Positions 23,921 through 36,153 are shown, counted from the stretch's first letter. The stretch: DNA of 52,105 nucleotides from Chiloscyllium plagiosum (GCF_004010195.1 NC_057718.1:14729577-14781681), one strand, 5' to 3'. Notes: a model not told the origin generated them from the sequence alone. Translations and numbers: made by a program.

Positions 23921-24559
23921 AATTTTGTCTAAGGTAGGTCTTATCTGCAGTTTTCAGAACAAAGAAAGAAAACAAAACTGGAGAAAATGCAAAAAAATGA
24001 AGTCCCAAACTGAATTCTGAGAAATATGAGGTGTCCATGACATACTGTCCTGTTCATCATGGACTAGAAAGTGTGATTAGATTGAATTGCAGATACTGAA
24101 TAGTCTATTTCATATGTTTCAATGCACTGTGCCTGTACTATCTGCTGTATTGCTTATTGAACTGGTAGCCTGTGGACACTTATTATTACAGACATTACAT
24201 TCTGCTAAGTAGTCTCATGATATGCTCTGACATATTTTATATAGTTATTCTATTACACAATATTTTCCAGCTGGACATCTCTAAGTGTACTAAAAACATT
24301 GTTTTTACTGTCTTTTATCTTCTAATGAATACATTCTAATGGATATTGTCCTCATTTTTTTTATATTGTTATAACCTATCTAATGAATTCCCATTGTAAA
24401 ACATTATCAATAAGGTTTTCCAAGAATGTATCACTTGTGAATGGCAGGACTTTATTGTACCCGTAGTTGTTTGTCATCACTGACATCAGTTACATTATTG
24501 TAATTAATTGGACAACATGAACTTGAGCATCAGCAGAGGTTTCTCAGTGTTTAACCCTT

Positions 24560-25045
24560 TAATGAACTACAAAAATTGAATGAGACATCTCAATGGCAGA
24601 GGATGGCCATTGAAAATGGAGGCTGCTGGGCTGGAAGCAGAGGAGAAAAGGAACTCTACTGTGGCTCTAAAGCACTGGGACAGAGAGCTGCATTACCAGG
24701 TGAGTTGGGATGGGGAAGCAGTAACTCAAGTAATAGTATACAATCCTTAGGAAGTTGTTAGAAACCTTGGAATTATAGTGAGTATTAACTGATAGCCCAT
24801 CCTTTAGAAATGGGGATAGAGAATTTGAGGAAAAGGAGGTGTACCATGTGAAAGTGAGAGAAGGGTGGAATTTGCAAACAAAATCCATCAAACTTTGCAG
24901 CTTTTCTGTGTCTTCAATGTTCAGCATCCTACAGTGTTCCAGTGAAGTTCAACCTAAGCTGAGGAACAGCATCTCACCTTTTGATTTAGGTGCCTTCCAA
25001 TCTTCTACACACAACACTGAGTCTAACATTCTCAGACAGTAATCT
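24560..25045. mobile_element. Highly degraded PLE fragments (minus-strand RT region, plus-strand GIY-YIG end)
   Basis: Minus strand reads FHPSLTFTW...DGLSVNTHY. Plus strand reads KLRNSISPFDLGAFQ, similar to the PLE C-terminus. Confidence 0.55.
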
Positions 25046-25807
25046 CTCCCACAGTCTGATTCCTTTAATTTTAAGGGTTTTACTTTTAGTCTTGATGTGG
25101 GCATTATACCCATGATGCTCTGATTCAGACACAAGAGGCACCATCACCTCAGCCACCACAGCATGGGTTTAATGTTAGCCTTGTAGTCACTAAGGCATTG
25201 TGTCAACCCAAAGACGTTCTTGGAAAAATCACTGCAGCACAGAAAATATAGGAAAAATTTGAGAGAAATCCTCTGGCTGGGATATTGAGGAACCTTATTC
25301 AATTTCCTGGGCAATAACCTTCCATCAGGAGTTGGAAATATAATAGCTTTCAAGCAAGAGGAAGTTTGAGGTGGCGGGGAATGAGGAAAAGTACATGAGA
25401 GTAGGTCTATGATAGGATTGACAGAATGATGTGATATTCTGGACTGTTAAAGTGGCTTTTCATCCCAGGTTCTGGTTCAGGCCTTCACGGGCCCCGTTTC
25501 ACCCTGGGTTTGTGGTATCGTGGCCAGTCTTTATCTTTTGTGCATCTGTTGGAGGTGGCAGGGTCACGGCCTTTGACAGTGGCTGGTGTCCGGGCACAGG
25601 GTCAGAACTGAGGCAGGATGCCCAGTTGCAGGTTTTGTCATCCTCTTGCCACCCTGCTCCTCGCACCTTACAGGTTGCCCACTCCACCCCCTTGCTCCCA
25701 CAGGTTTAGGATCACCCCTCCCTTTCAAATAATATCAACGTTCGGGGCCAAAACAATTCTCATAACATAATATCGAGGAATTTATCTGACTGATGTGAAT
25801 TAATCCA

Positions 25808-26152
25808 TGAGGCGAAAGTTGAGTACTGCAGATGCTGAGATTAGAGTCAAGAGTGTGGTGTTGGAAATGAACAGCAAGCCAGGCAGCATCTGAGGATCAG
25901 GAAAGTCAACATTTCGGACAATAGCCCTTCATCGGGATACTGATGAAGGGCTTTTACCCAAAACATCAATTCTCCCACTCCTCGGATGCTGCCTGATGTG
26001 CTGTGTGTTACCAGCTAGGAAAAAGTGAGGATTGCAGATGCTGGAGATCAGAGCTGAAAATGTGTTGCTGGAAAAGCGCAGCAGGTCAGGCAGCATCCAA
26101 GGGGCAGGAGAATCGACGTTTCGGGCATAAGCCTTACCAGCACCACACTCTC
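25808..26152 (-). mobile_element. Fold-back PLE family 1 mini-element with 11-bp TSD
   Basis: GAATTAATCCA at 25797-25807 and 26153-26163. Two inverted arms meet at CTTCATCGG-GATA-CTGATGAAG. Confidence 0.85.
26016..26133 (-). mobile_element. Younger PLE family 1 terminal insertion nested in the fold-back element, 8-bp TSD
   Basis: TTACCAGC at 26008-26015 and 26134-26141. Confidence 0.85.
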
Positions 26153-26468
26153 GAATTAATCCACTGCCAAGTTTCATATACTTTAACAGCAATTACTCTT
26201 CAGAATATTTCATTGGCTATTAAGCGATACTGACAGGCCTTTGAAAGACGCTCTATATATTCAGGTTGCATTCTTTTCAGTGGGAAACCTTCGTCTGTCC
26301 GATATCTGCCCAACAGAGCAAAAGGTGAAAGTTACACCCCAGCCCTGCCATTATTGCAAACCCCACCCCCTCTGTTGCTTCTATGCCCAAGATAATTTAG
26401 ATCTTGGATCCATGGCTGAGAAGTGTGACGATTAACCAAGAGCAGAGAAGCAAATGCATCAATCTTAC

Positions 26469-26635
26469 AATCCTCTCCAGGAATCTGTCCTGCACCACAT
26501 GTTCACTCCCAAGTGTAGACATTGCACTGTAATCAGCATTCTGATCGTGTTCATCCCACAGCTCCTCGGTTAAGAGCAGATTGAGCTGCTTGTCTTGGGC
26601 CTTTGCAAAGCTCCTTATAGTTTGGCAATATGTGA
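26469..26635 (-). CDS. Candidate internal coding exon of an unidentified gene
   Basis: Acceptor TTATTATTTCAG and donor GTAAGA. 167 bp open, encoding TYCQTIRSFAKAQDKQLNLLLTEELWDEHDQNADYSAMSTLGSEHVVQDRFLERI. Sequence does not look repetitive. Confidence 0.4.
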
Positions 26636-26875
26636 CTGAAATAATAACTGAGCTCTGAGCATAGCAATCTTTCACTGTCTCAGCATTGCTGGCAAGTTTG
26701 TACACTGCGTGAAGTTTAAAATAAAGACTTATTTCCTGGGATGTGGGCATGGCTAGCCAGGCCAGCATTTTATTGCCCATCCCTACTTGCTCCAGAGAAG
26801 GTGATGATGGGCTGCCCTCTTGAATCGTTACAGTGTTCTCAGTGCAGAGACACCCACAGTGCTGTTAAGAAGCAA

Positions 26876-27101
26876 AGTTAAAAATCACACAATACCAGGT
26901 TATAGTCCAACAGGTTTAATTGGAAGCACACTAGCTTTCGGAGCGTCGCTCCTTCATTAGGAGTTGTAGAGCTACCTGATGAAGGAGCGACGCTCCGAAA
27001 GCTAGTGTGCTTCCAATTAAACCTGTTGGACTATAACCTGGTGTTGTGTGATTTTTAACTTTGTACACCCCAGTCCAACACCGGCATCTCCAAATCATGA
27101 T
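26876..27101 (+). mobile_element. Fold-back PLE family 2 mini-element with 13-bp TSD
   Basis: Arms 26873-26961 and 26975-27063. 35-nt tail at 27064-27098. TGTTA(A/G)GAAGCAA at 26863-26875 and 27102-27114. Confidence 0.9.
26972..27008 (+). ncRNA. Minimal type I hammerhead ribozyme motif (family 2), core intact
   Basis: CUGAUGA (26976-26982), A, GGAGC-GAC-GCUCC, GAAA (26997-27000), palindromic AGCU, CUA cleavage triplet. Confidence 0.7.
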
Positions 27102-27191
27102 TGTTAGGAAGCAAGTTCTGGAATTCTGACCCAGTGACAGTGAAGGAACGGTCATATATTTCCATGTCAGGATGGGGTATGACTTGGAGGG

Positions 27192-27408
27192 TGAAATTGG
27201 TGCACAGAGGCTGGTATCCTGTCACCGAGTCACCCTTTATTTCTATGTGCACAGTACATGGGTTCTGACCAGCCAGCTCAGAGCCAGTCCCCAGAGTGAG
27301 AAGTCTCTCTGAATGTTTATGTCTATCAGCCAATGGCTCAGGTTAACAATCCCAATCAGGGATCTCATGCTCAAAGAGATCCACTCGGCCCTGGTTCCAA
27401 TTGGTACA
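27192..27408 (-). mobile_element. Probable short solo LTR
   Basis: TG...CA ends, minus-strand AATAAA near the 3' end, GGAGG-like sequence on both flanks. Interrupts the host LINE. Confidence 0.45.
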
Positions 27409-27539
27409 GGAGGAAACGTACAGTTAGTGCTCCTTTGATGTGTTGACTCCGCTTATCTTCTAGGCGGTAAAGGTTGTGGGTTTGGAAGTTGTGTCTAAGG
27501 AGCCTTAGTGAGTTGCTGTAGTGCATCTTGTAGAGGTGT

Positions 27540-28001
27540 AACATCATATGCTTAACATATGATGATTGGCTGAGGATCCTGGGATTGTATTCAATACAGT
27601 TTAGAAGGTTGAGGGGAGATCTAATAGAAACTTACAAGATAATACATGGCTTAGAAAGGGTGGATGTTGGGAAGTTGTTTCCGTTAAGCAGGGAGACTAG
27701 GCTCTGTGGGCACAGCCTTAAACTTAGAGGGGGTCAATTTAAAATGGACATGAGGAGACATTTCTTCAGCCAGAGAGTGGTAGGCCTGTGGAATTCATTG
27801 CCACGGAGCGCAGTGGAGGCCGGGATGTTAAATGTCTTCAAGGCAGAGATTGATAAATTCTTGATCTCGCAAGGAATTAAGGGCTACGGGGAGAGTGCGG
27901 ATAAGTGGAATTGAAACATCCATCAGCCATGATTAAATGGCAGAGTGGACTCGATGGGCCGAATGGCCCTGCTTCCACTCCTATGTCTTATGGTCTTATG
28001 G
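27540..28001 (+). mobile_element. CR1 LINE 3' end (young)
   Basis: FRRLRGDLIETYKIIHGLERVD...FFSQRVVGLWNSLP, with tail TCTTATGGTCTTATG. Confidence 0.93.
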
Positions 28002-28235
28002 GTCACACTGCTATTGTTTGTCAGTGATGGAGGGTGTCAATGTTGAAGGTCGCGGGTGGGGTGCTACTCAAGTGGGCTGCTTTGTCTTGGATAACGTTGA
28101 GCTTCAAGAGCATTGTTGGAGCTGCACCTATCCCGGGAAGTGGAGATGGTACCAGACTCCTGACTTTATGCCTTGTAGATACAGTGGACAGGCAGTAGGC
28201 ATGCAGCTGGTGAGTTACCCACCACAGAATTCCCA

Positions 28236-28340
28236 GCAACAGGGACACAAATTGCTGGGATAACCCAGCAGAGCTGGAAACATCTTTGGACAGAAAACAG
28301 AATTGAATGTTTCGGGTCCAGTGACCCTTCTTCAGAATAG
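28236..28340 (-). mobile_element. PLE family 3 terminal insertion with hammerhead motif
   Basis: Minus strand reads CUGAAGA-A-GGGUC-ACUG-GACCC-GAAAC-AUU (28335-28306). AGAATTCCCAGC is repeated on both flanks (about 28227 and 28339). Confidence 0.8.
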
Positions 28341-28734
28341 AATTCCCAGCTCCTGACTTTGTGGTCACTTTGTATTTATGGTGCTAACCAGTGAATTCTG
28401 GTTGTCACAGTTTCCACTCCACTGTGGAGGGCTATTAGCCCTAGCAATCACAAATGTAAAACTATATACATTAAAAATTGCCTCTAATGCTGGTCTCCCT
28501 TTGAATTCAAAGCATGAAACTTTGTGAAGCCCCATTGGTCAGTTCTGGGTTTGCTTGGAACACTGCTTAGCACCATTTATACTACACCAGGATATACAAT
28601 TTCCCAGCCTTCTCCCAGCCAAACCCTAACACACAAGGAACCATACACAGCAATGGTAGAGTTAGCAACAATCCAGGATTGATCTGGAGCCTTCAAGAAA
28701 AAGATTATCTAAGTGTCCTTGCTGATGGCCAGTC

Positions 28735-28950
28735 AGGGTTACAGTTTAGCTCAGTTGGCTGGACGGTTTGTTTGCAAAGCAGTGTGATACCAATAGCATA
28801 TGTTCAATTCCCACACCAGCTAAGGTAATTATGAAGGACTCTCCTCAACATCTCCCTCACTTGACACATAGTGATCCTCAGATTAAACCACCACCAGCTC
28901 TCGCTCTCTCTCATGGAGTAGGCCTATAGTCTGGTAAGACTATGGCGACT
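28735..28950 (+). mobile_element. tRNA-derived SINE
   Basis: A-box TAGCTCAGTTGG, B-box GTTCAATTCC, tail GACTATGGCGACT. Confidence 0.65.
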
Positions 28951-29508
28951 TGACAATCATTGAAAAACATACACGTTTTTCCTTTAATTTTCTTGCAACA
29001 CTTAATAAATGATAAAAATATCAGGGATGGAAAAAATATAATTCTATTTGACGAGATTGAGTGTGGGAGATGGGGTTATGTGACGAAATCTCCAGGAAAA
29101 TATCCAATAAAAGCATGAGCTATCCAAACAGAAGTTGCTACGGTGATTATTTTTAAAAATGAGTAGAGTGGCCACCACAGAGAAAGAACACTAAAAATAT
29201 ACTGCAGACTGAGGAATGAAAAGAAAAGCTGGAGAGAGGAAACAGTTGTAAAAAGGAGATCTATAAGCGAATTACTCAGGAATTATGAGAAAACAAAGGT
29301 AAAGGATATAGGCAAAAAGAAAAGAAGAGATGAAAAAGAAGAGGGACAGATGGTGGTGAAATCAAGGGGAGGCTGTAATAATTGTATATGGATCTGAAAG
29401 GTCAGAAATGTAGAACAATAATTGCATGAGGGGGAAGAGACATGGGGGGGGGAATTGTATAGGAGTCAGAAAGGAATAATACTCGATTAAATGTAATACA
29501 TCAGAACA

Positions 29509-29827
29509 TAGATTTAGATTACTTACAGTGTGGAAACAGGCCCTTTGGCCCAACAAATCCACACCGACCCGCCGAAGCGCAACCCACCCAGACCCATTCC
29601 CCTACGTTTACCCCTTCACCTAACACTACGGCCAATTTGGCATGGCCAATTCACCTAACCTGCACATTTTTGGATTGTGGAAGGAAACTGGGGCACCCGG
29701 AGGAAACCCTCGCAGTCACGGGGAGAATATGCAAACTCCACACAGGGAGTCGCTTGAGGTGGGAATTGAACCCAGATCTCTGGCACTGTGAGGCAACAGT
29801 GCTAACCACTGTGCCACCATGCCACCC
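29509..29827 (-). mobile_element. HE1-type V-SINE
   Basis: Full-length reverse complement of the HE1 pattern with a TAAGTAATCTAAATCTA tail. Confidence 0.92.
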
Positions 29828-30689
29828 AGGAACAGGAGTAGGCCATTCAGCCCCTCAAATCTGTCCCGCCATTTAATGAGATCATGGCTGATCCATTGCC
29901 TAATTCCACATACTTGCCTTGGACCATATCCCTGAATATTTTTGCTTAACAAAAAAAGTGTCAGAATTAACACTAACAAATTGAGGGGAGGCTGTAATAA
30001 TTGTTGTATATGGATCTGAAGAGGTTAGAAATGTAGTACAGTAAATACTGTCTATGAGGGGAGAAAGGGGTTGTGGTGGTGGGGTGGTGATGTTGTATAT
30101 GAGCAGTCACCGCTCACTCTGATGATGTCAATGAAAACTTGGGCAGAGTGACGTCAGAGATGATAAGGGACTGACCTGAAGTCTGTGTGCTTCTAACAGT
30201 TTCTGTCACAATATAGATCATACTTGGGTAATCTATAAATAGTTTTCACTAATGGAATGAATTTCTGTTACTTCATCAACAGACTCAGTAGTTAGACCTG
30301 AAAGGTGGCTACCCTCATGTAGCTATATCACTTTCGGCTTGTGGAGGTTGGTGAGGTCCATGCTGGTTGCTGGAGGACTCATTAACCATTGGATCTGAGA
30401 AAGACTGAAACTGATACTGTCTGATCACTGACAAAACGGAATGGGAAGTAAACCTAGCTCTGAAGGCCAACAGCAAGTGGAGCTCAGCTCTTTGATCTCA
30501 GGATGGACCGCAATTCTGGGGAAATGCTCCGCTGTCACAAAAGAAAACACAGAATAAACCAAAGAGTAGGTCTGGAGAAGCAGGATTTGAAATTCTTTAG
30601 CCAGATGTTTACTGAAAGTAGTGACAGGTTTGGAAAGTTGCTGGAGAGGCTATCCAGGCAAAAGATTGATTATACTTGTAAATTTAAAA

Positions 30690-31140
30690 ATAATGTTCTT
30701 TGTACGTGTATGTCACTGGCAAAGCCACTTATTGCCAGTCTTAAACTGCCTTCAAGACAATGATGATGAGCTATTCTTATAAACCGCTGCAAGCCCTTTA
30801 CAGCAACTCCATGCTGTTAGGGAGAGACATGCAGGGTTTTGACCCATCAGTGGTGAAAGACATGCAATATCTTACCAAGTAGGATGACATACATGGTTTG
30901 GAAAAGTGCTTGCAGGTGATGGTTGGTGTTTTCATGCAGCTACTGCCCTTGTCCCTCCAAGTGGTAGAGGTTGCAAGTTTTGGAAGGTGCTGTCTTGGAG
31001 TGCATTTTGTAGATGGCTCACGCTGTGGGCAGTTGAGGGAGTAGATGTTGAAGGTAGTGGATATGGTGCCATCAAGTGATTTATTGTCCTGGATGGTGTG
31101 GAGATTCCTGATTGTTGGAGCTGCATCCATCCAGGTAAAT
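30690..31140 (-). mobile_element. CR1/L2-superfamily LINE 3' fragment
   Basis: WMDAAPTIRNLHTIQD...TFNIYSL, homologous to 28020-28140. Confidence 0.7.
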
Positions 31141-32632
31141 GGAATACATGAGGAATGGTGACTGAACAGTGATCACACAGACCTTGCTTGATATTTTGAT
31201 TGATTTTCTGAGAGTAAGAGATCTCCCGAGTGGGGTCTGAATTCGAAACTAATGATCCCAACTGCATAACAAAAGGCTAGAGATAGTCCTTGTACAGGGA
31301 AATAAGAGACCATTGACTCAATATCAACACCCCCTGTACCTTAACTCCACCTTCTTGCCTGATTCTGTAACCTTAGCCGTCATTGGTTAAAAAAAAAGCC
31401 AAGTTTATAAATTTACAACAGACTGCAAATGTCATCAGCTCTTTGGGGGAAGGGGTTTCCAGATTCCCAGTACTTTTAGGTCTTTTATTGTCATAACCAA
31501 AAATAATAGAACTACAAATCATTACACCAACAGGATGCATTGTGATTGCATTATCAATGTATATTGTCAAGATAATAATCAAAGGGACATAAAGATTAGC
31601 AATAGCTCTACCTTCCCTCTCATTTATTTCCATGAAACCTCGGGGTATAGGCCAGTTGTTCCAGGTGTTATGTATATGGTTAATGCTGCATTTTCCTTTG
31701 AAACAGATGCATTATTGACCTTAACATATGTTAGTGATTCTGAAGTCTCAGATTTGCTCATAGGCTGAATTCCTGAACACTGATGAATTAATATAACACA
31801 TGTGCCATTTCCTGATTTTGCTTCATGACTTTTCTACCTGTGCCTGGCCGTCCTCGTCCAGTCTTTAACACTCCTGCCACATCCTTAAGGAACTATAAGG
31901 TTTCTTGAGATGTCTGTTGTTGTCAACAATCTGCTACTTTATCTTCATCACCTTTTCAGTCAGTCTTTTAGTGATCTTCGACTGACATTTGTACGAACAG
32001 AACTTTGAAAGTAATCCTTTGCAGTCTGTCAGATTTTTAATCCCAGAATTGTCATGCCACTCTTCTTGAACAGATGTGTTTTGAAACTATATTCTTTCAA
32101 CTTCCTCCACTCAATCACTGTCTCTGTAATCTCCAATGGCCTTACAACTTCACCCCCATTCCCATAAGCCCCACAGGTGGGCCCTCAGACTTGGCTAGAA
32201 GCCCATTGATCCCCATGGTCAAAGGCTGACATGAGCTCACATGAGGTGTTGTCAGGGAACACTGTAGCTTCCTGAAGGGTGCCTCCCAGTGTCGGAAGTG
32301 GAGACAGCCTCCAGTCAGGCTAAGATGTCCTCCTTTCCTGCTTGGCTGTGATGGGAGGCTGTCTCTTGGAGGTTCTCTCCCCAACAATGATGGCTTGGCT
32401 GCTGAGTCCATCTTTTAAATGTAAACTTTGAGAATTGGAGTCAAATGCGCCTTCATTGTGAGACACCTTTACTCTCAGGTAACTGGAAAAGTGAGCTGCA
32501 TTTCCTCTTCATCCTACAGCTGTGAGAGCCAGTCTGTTGACTATACCTGGACAGTGAGTTCCTCACCACAAGCCACTTGATGTCGATAACTGGGGAGTGA
32601 AGTCCATGGGTAATCCTGCCAGTTTCCATTCA

Positions 32633-33151
32633 CCAGACAAACACTCCCCGGCCCTAGTGACATCTCAATATCCCAGACAAACACTCCCCGGTCCTAGTGA
32701 CATCTCAATATCCCAGACAAACACTCCCCGGCCCTAGTGACATCTCAATATCCCAGACAAACACTCCCGGCCCTAGTGACATTTCAATATCCCAGACAAA
32801 CACTCCCCGGCCCTAGTGACATTTCAATATCCCAGACAAACACTCCCCGGCCCTAGTGATATCTCAATATCCCAGACAAACACTCCTCGGCCCTAGTGAT
32901 ATCTCAATATCCCAGACAAACACTCCTCGGCCCTAGTGACATTTCAATATCCCAGACAAACACTCCCCGGCCCTAGTGACATCTCAATATCCCAGATAAA
33001 CACTCCCCGGTCCGAGTGACATCTCAATATCCCAGACAAACACTCCCCGGCCCTAGTGACATTTCAATATCCCAGACAAACACTCCCCGGCCCTAGTGAC
33101 ATCTCAATATCCAAGACAAACACTCCCCGGCCCTAGTGACATTTCAATATC
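32633..33151. repeat. 40-bp minisatellite, 13 copies (CCAGACAAACACTCCCCGGCCCTAGTGACATYTCAATATC)
   Basis: Directly visible and highly homogeneous. One unit is 39 bp. Confidence 0.97.
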
Positions 33152-34340
33152 TCAGAGAACTGAGGTACATTCTGGCAAATCCTGAACCTTACAGATCGTC
33201 AAGAGTACACAGAGGGAATTTATTTTGTTTACTGAAGTGAAAAACAGTTCAGCCAGAGAACACCTATTACCCATTAGCCGAGAGTACTGGTCAGTTTCAT
33301 AGAGCTTACCCACATCAACTCCCACCCAATGCCCCCCACCCCCGCCCCAACACCTCCCAACCCCCACCCCCGCCCTTACTGCACAGGCATGATAGGTCCA
33401 CTCTGAAATAATTTCTCTCCTTGAAAAGTCTCACATAATTCACAATAAAAGGAAATTGGCCACTCAGTCCAAAAGTCTGTGATGGTGTTTCTGCTCCATA
33501 CGTATCTCACCTCACTTTACTTCATCGCACACCCCTGACATATACTTTCTCCCTCATGTGGTTATCTTGGGTCCCTTTAAATGAACTGATGTTTCTTACA
33601 TCACTGCTGCATGTGGAGGAGAGATCCCCATTCTAATCACTCCTGAGCATGTGGCTCAGCAGCTCCCTGCTACCAGAAAGAAGCCTTTGGTGGCCCATGT
33701 CACCTCACTCATTAACTGCAGTAAGTTGACACATTTTGATTAGCTTTCACATAATGTGAAACAAGTACTAAAATGCAATCGCTTAGTTATTTCCAGTGTT
33801 TAAATGTAACCAGTTTAATTGAATGTGTTCCTACACACAATTTTCTGTTACAATACTTTTGCAGAAACTGCTTTTGTGTTACTTTTCCAACTCACGATTG
33901 ATTCCCTTCCTGACAAATATTTATTTCTTTGTGTCACCCTGTCCAGCTCTGATCAGACCCATCAGGCTGCCATTTTGTGGGACAAAGTAGATCCTATGTG
34001 ATGTCATTGAACTATGTGCAAATTGAAGCGATTTGTTATCTGGGGCTGGTTCCTTAGCTGCCCATATCCATCTTTACTAAATTAAAAGATTAACCCCGTG
34101 GTCTCAAGTCTCAGGTCATGAGGGGGCATAGCTTAATGATTAGGGGCCTGCCATTTAAGATGAGGAGGAATTTCTTATCCCAGATGATTGTTAGTCTGTG
34201 GATGATCTCCCACAGAGAGCTACAGATGTATGGTCATTGAATACATTCAAGCATATGTTAAAGTGGAGTCCAGGCTGATAGGGGACAAAGCCATAATCAG
34301 GTCAGCTTATCAAATGGCGAAGCAGGCTCAAGCAGCTGTA

Positions 34341-34638
34341 TCACAGAATCCCTACAGTGTGGAAGCAGGCCATTCAGCCAATCCCCACCCTCCAAACAGC
34401 AACCCAGCCCCCACCCCATCCCTGTAACCCTGCATTTCCCATGGCTAATCCACCAAGCCTTCACATCCCTGGACACTATTGGCAATTTAGCAAGGCTGAC
34501 CCACCTAACCTGTACATCCGGAGAAAACCAGAACAAACTCACAGGGAGAATGTGCAAACAGACAGTCACAGTGGAATCCAACACAGGTCCCTGGTGCTAT
34601 GACACAGCAGTGCTAACCTCTGAGCCACCATGATGCCC
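34341..34638 (-). mobile_element. HE1-type V-SINE (older copy) inside a degenerate CR1 3' end (from about 34100)
   Basis: CAGCAGTGCTAACC and GGGAGAATGTGCAAAC. Confidence 0.85.
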
Positions 34639-35827
34639 TGTGGCCTAACGTTAATTTTAAAGGGGATGGGGAAGATGCTCTCATTAACTTGTGACTACAG
34701 TTCCCAGCCACCTTCAAATACCCAGCCAACAGCAGCACCCTGAGGCAGCAGTTGTGAAAACAGAGGGAGCCATTAAAAACATGAAGCAGTATGCAGTTTA
34801 TCTACTCAGGAAAGCTTGCCAAGACCGCACTGATATTGCTCCCTCAAATTCCTCAGCATTTTCAATCTCCTGAAAGGCCCACTGACCATTGCTGCACTTG
34901 TAGATAAATATATTCCAAGCAGGATTTACCCAATCAGCCTGCTGCCTCTGATAGACGGAGAGGGCAATATAATTCCAGACACTATCAGCAGCTAACATTA
35001 TCTCTCACTGAACCAGAAGGAAACCAACAGAGAGATTTGCTTTCCAGGGGAGAGACTGACTAACCGAACTCTGGATTGTCCTGGATTGTGTCTAATTAAT
35101 ATTCCCAAGCACTCTCTCTCATTGTCGAAGCTGGCTTGTATAAGCTGCAGTGAAACCTTTTGAGATCGAGCCTATAAAATTCCCATTACTTCACCGATGG
35201 GAATTGCACCTCTCTGAATGACAAAAAAAAAACCATTACGAGGCTGCATGATGGGAATTTCAATAAGACGGGAGGTGGAGAGCCAGCAAGGCTGTATAAT
35301 GAAAGCTGTGCCCCTCGGCATAAGGTGAGCCGTTATGTTGTGATCTCACCAGATCTGGAAACAGCTCTGAGCGATGTGTCACCTTTCAGAAGCAGGCATT
35401 AACAATCGTTCAAATGCAATGCCAGGCCTGATGGAAACCCACAGAATGCCTTCAATAGAAAACCTTTTGTGACCCTCTGGATTTCCCAAAGCACAGTTGT
35501 TTTATGAGCGTGTAGCAGGCAATGCCAGCATCTGTTGGCCGTTCCCTTTGAGAAGGTGGTAGTTCTCACACCTCAGACTAAAAGAACACACCCGAAGTCA
35601 CTGGTTTAACAAAGACTGGGAAGGCTTTAACAAAGGCTGCTTGTGCTAGTGATAAATATTGATCAGGTCATGGGAGGAACTCCTCCGGGCTTGTGCAATT
35701 CTGACTTATAAGGGAGTGACAGCAAAAGGGAGAGGTCAATCCACTCTGAAAAGAAAACTCAGATGCACAACTTGTGTAAATTGAGAGAGAGAATGCAATT
35801 CATCGCCCTGGGCCATTTTTCACTCAC

Positions 35828-36153
35828 CATTGACTGAACCCGTGTACCATGTTGATTTGACACACCACTCCAGTTCCTGAAACAATCCCATAATGGGACT
35901 GGAGAATGGTAAAGGCTGCAATTAAGTCAGATTTGTTTTGACTGAGTTGTTCAGAAGTAACTGAGAGGCAGAGCCCTCTGCAGCAACCAATGTCGGGCAA
36001 ATACAACAGCCCCCAAAATTCGACTTGAATTTCATTCAAGTGGGATGAGAGTGCACAGTTACGACATGGCATCAACTTAGGGAAGAGCAAACTCCATCAC
36101 CTCCTCAGCAGCAGCAGTACAGATGACCATTTGAAATGTGACCATGGCGTCTC
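35828..36153 (-). pseudogene. Candidate exon with one in-frame stop
   Basis: TAG acceptor and strong GTGAGT donor. 108 codons (ETPWSHFKWSSVLLLLRR*WSLLFPKL...EIQVEFWGLLYLPD...) with a single TGA at 36097-36099. Confidence 0.25.

Larger units (their letters stand above)
26730..28215 (-). mobile_element. CR1/L2-superfamily LINE 3' region, multiply interrupted
   Basis: GAAPTMLLKLNVIQDKAAHLSSTPPATFNIDTLHH and tail GGGATGGGCAATAAAATGCTGGCC. Same family at 30690-31140. Confidence 0.75.

Noticed and set aside
32633..33151. Regular repeat array superficially resembling CRISPR
   Set aside because: There are no unique spacers, the context is eukaryotic and there are no cas genes.
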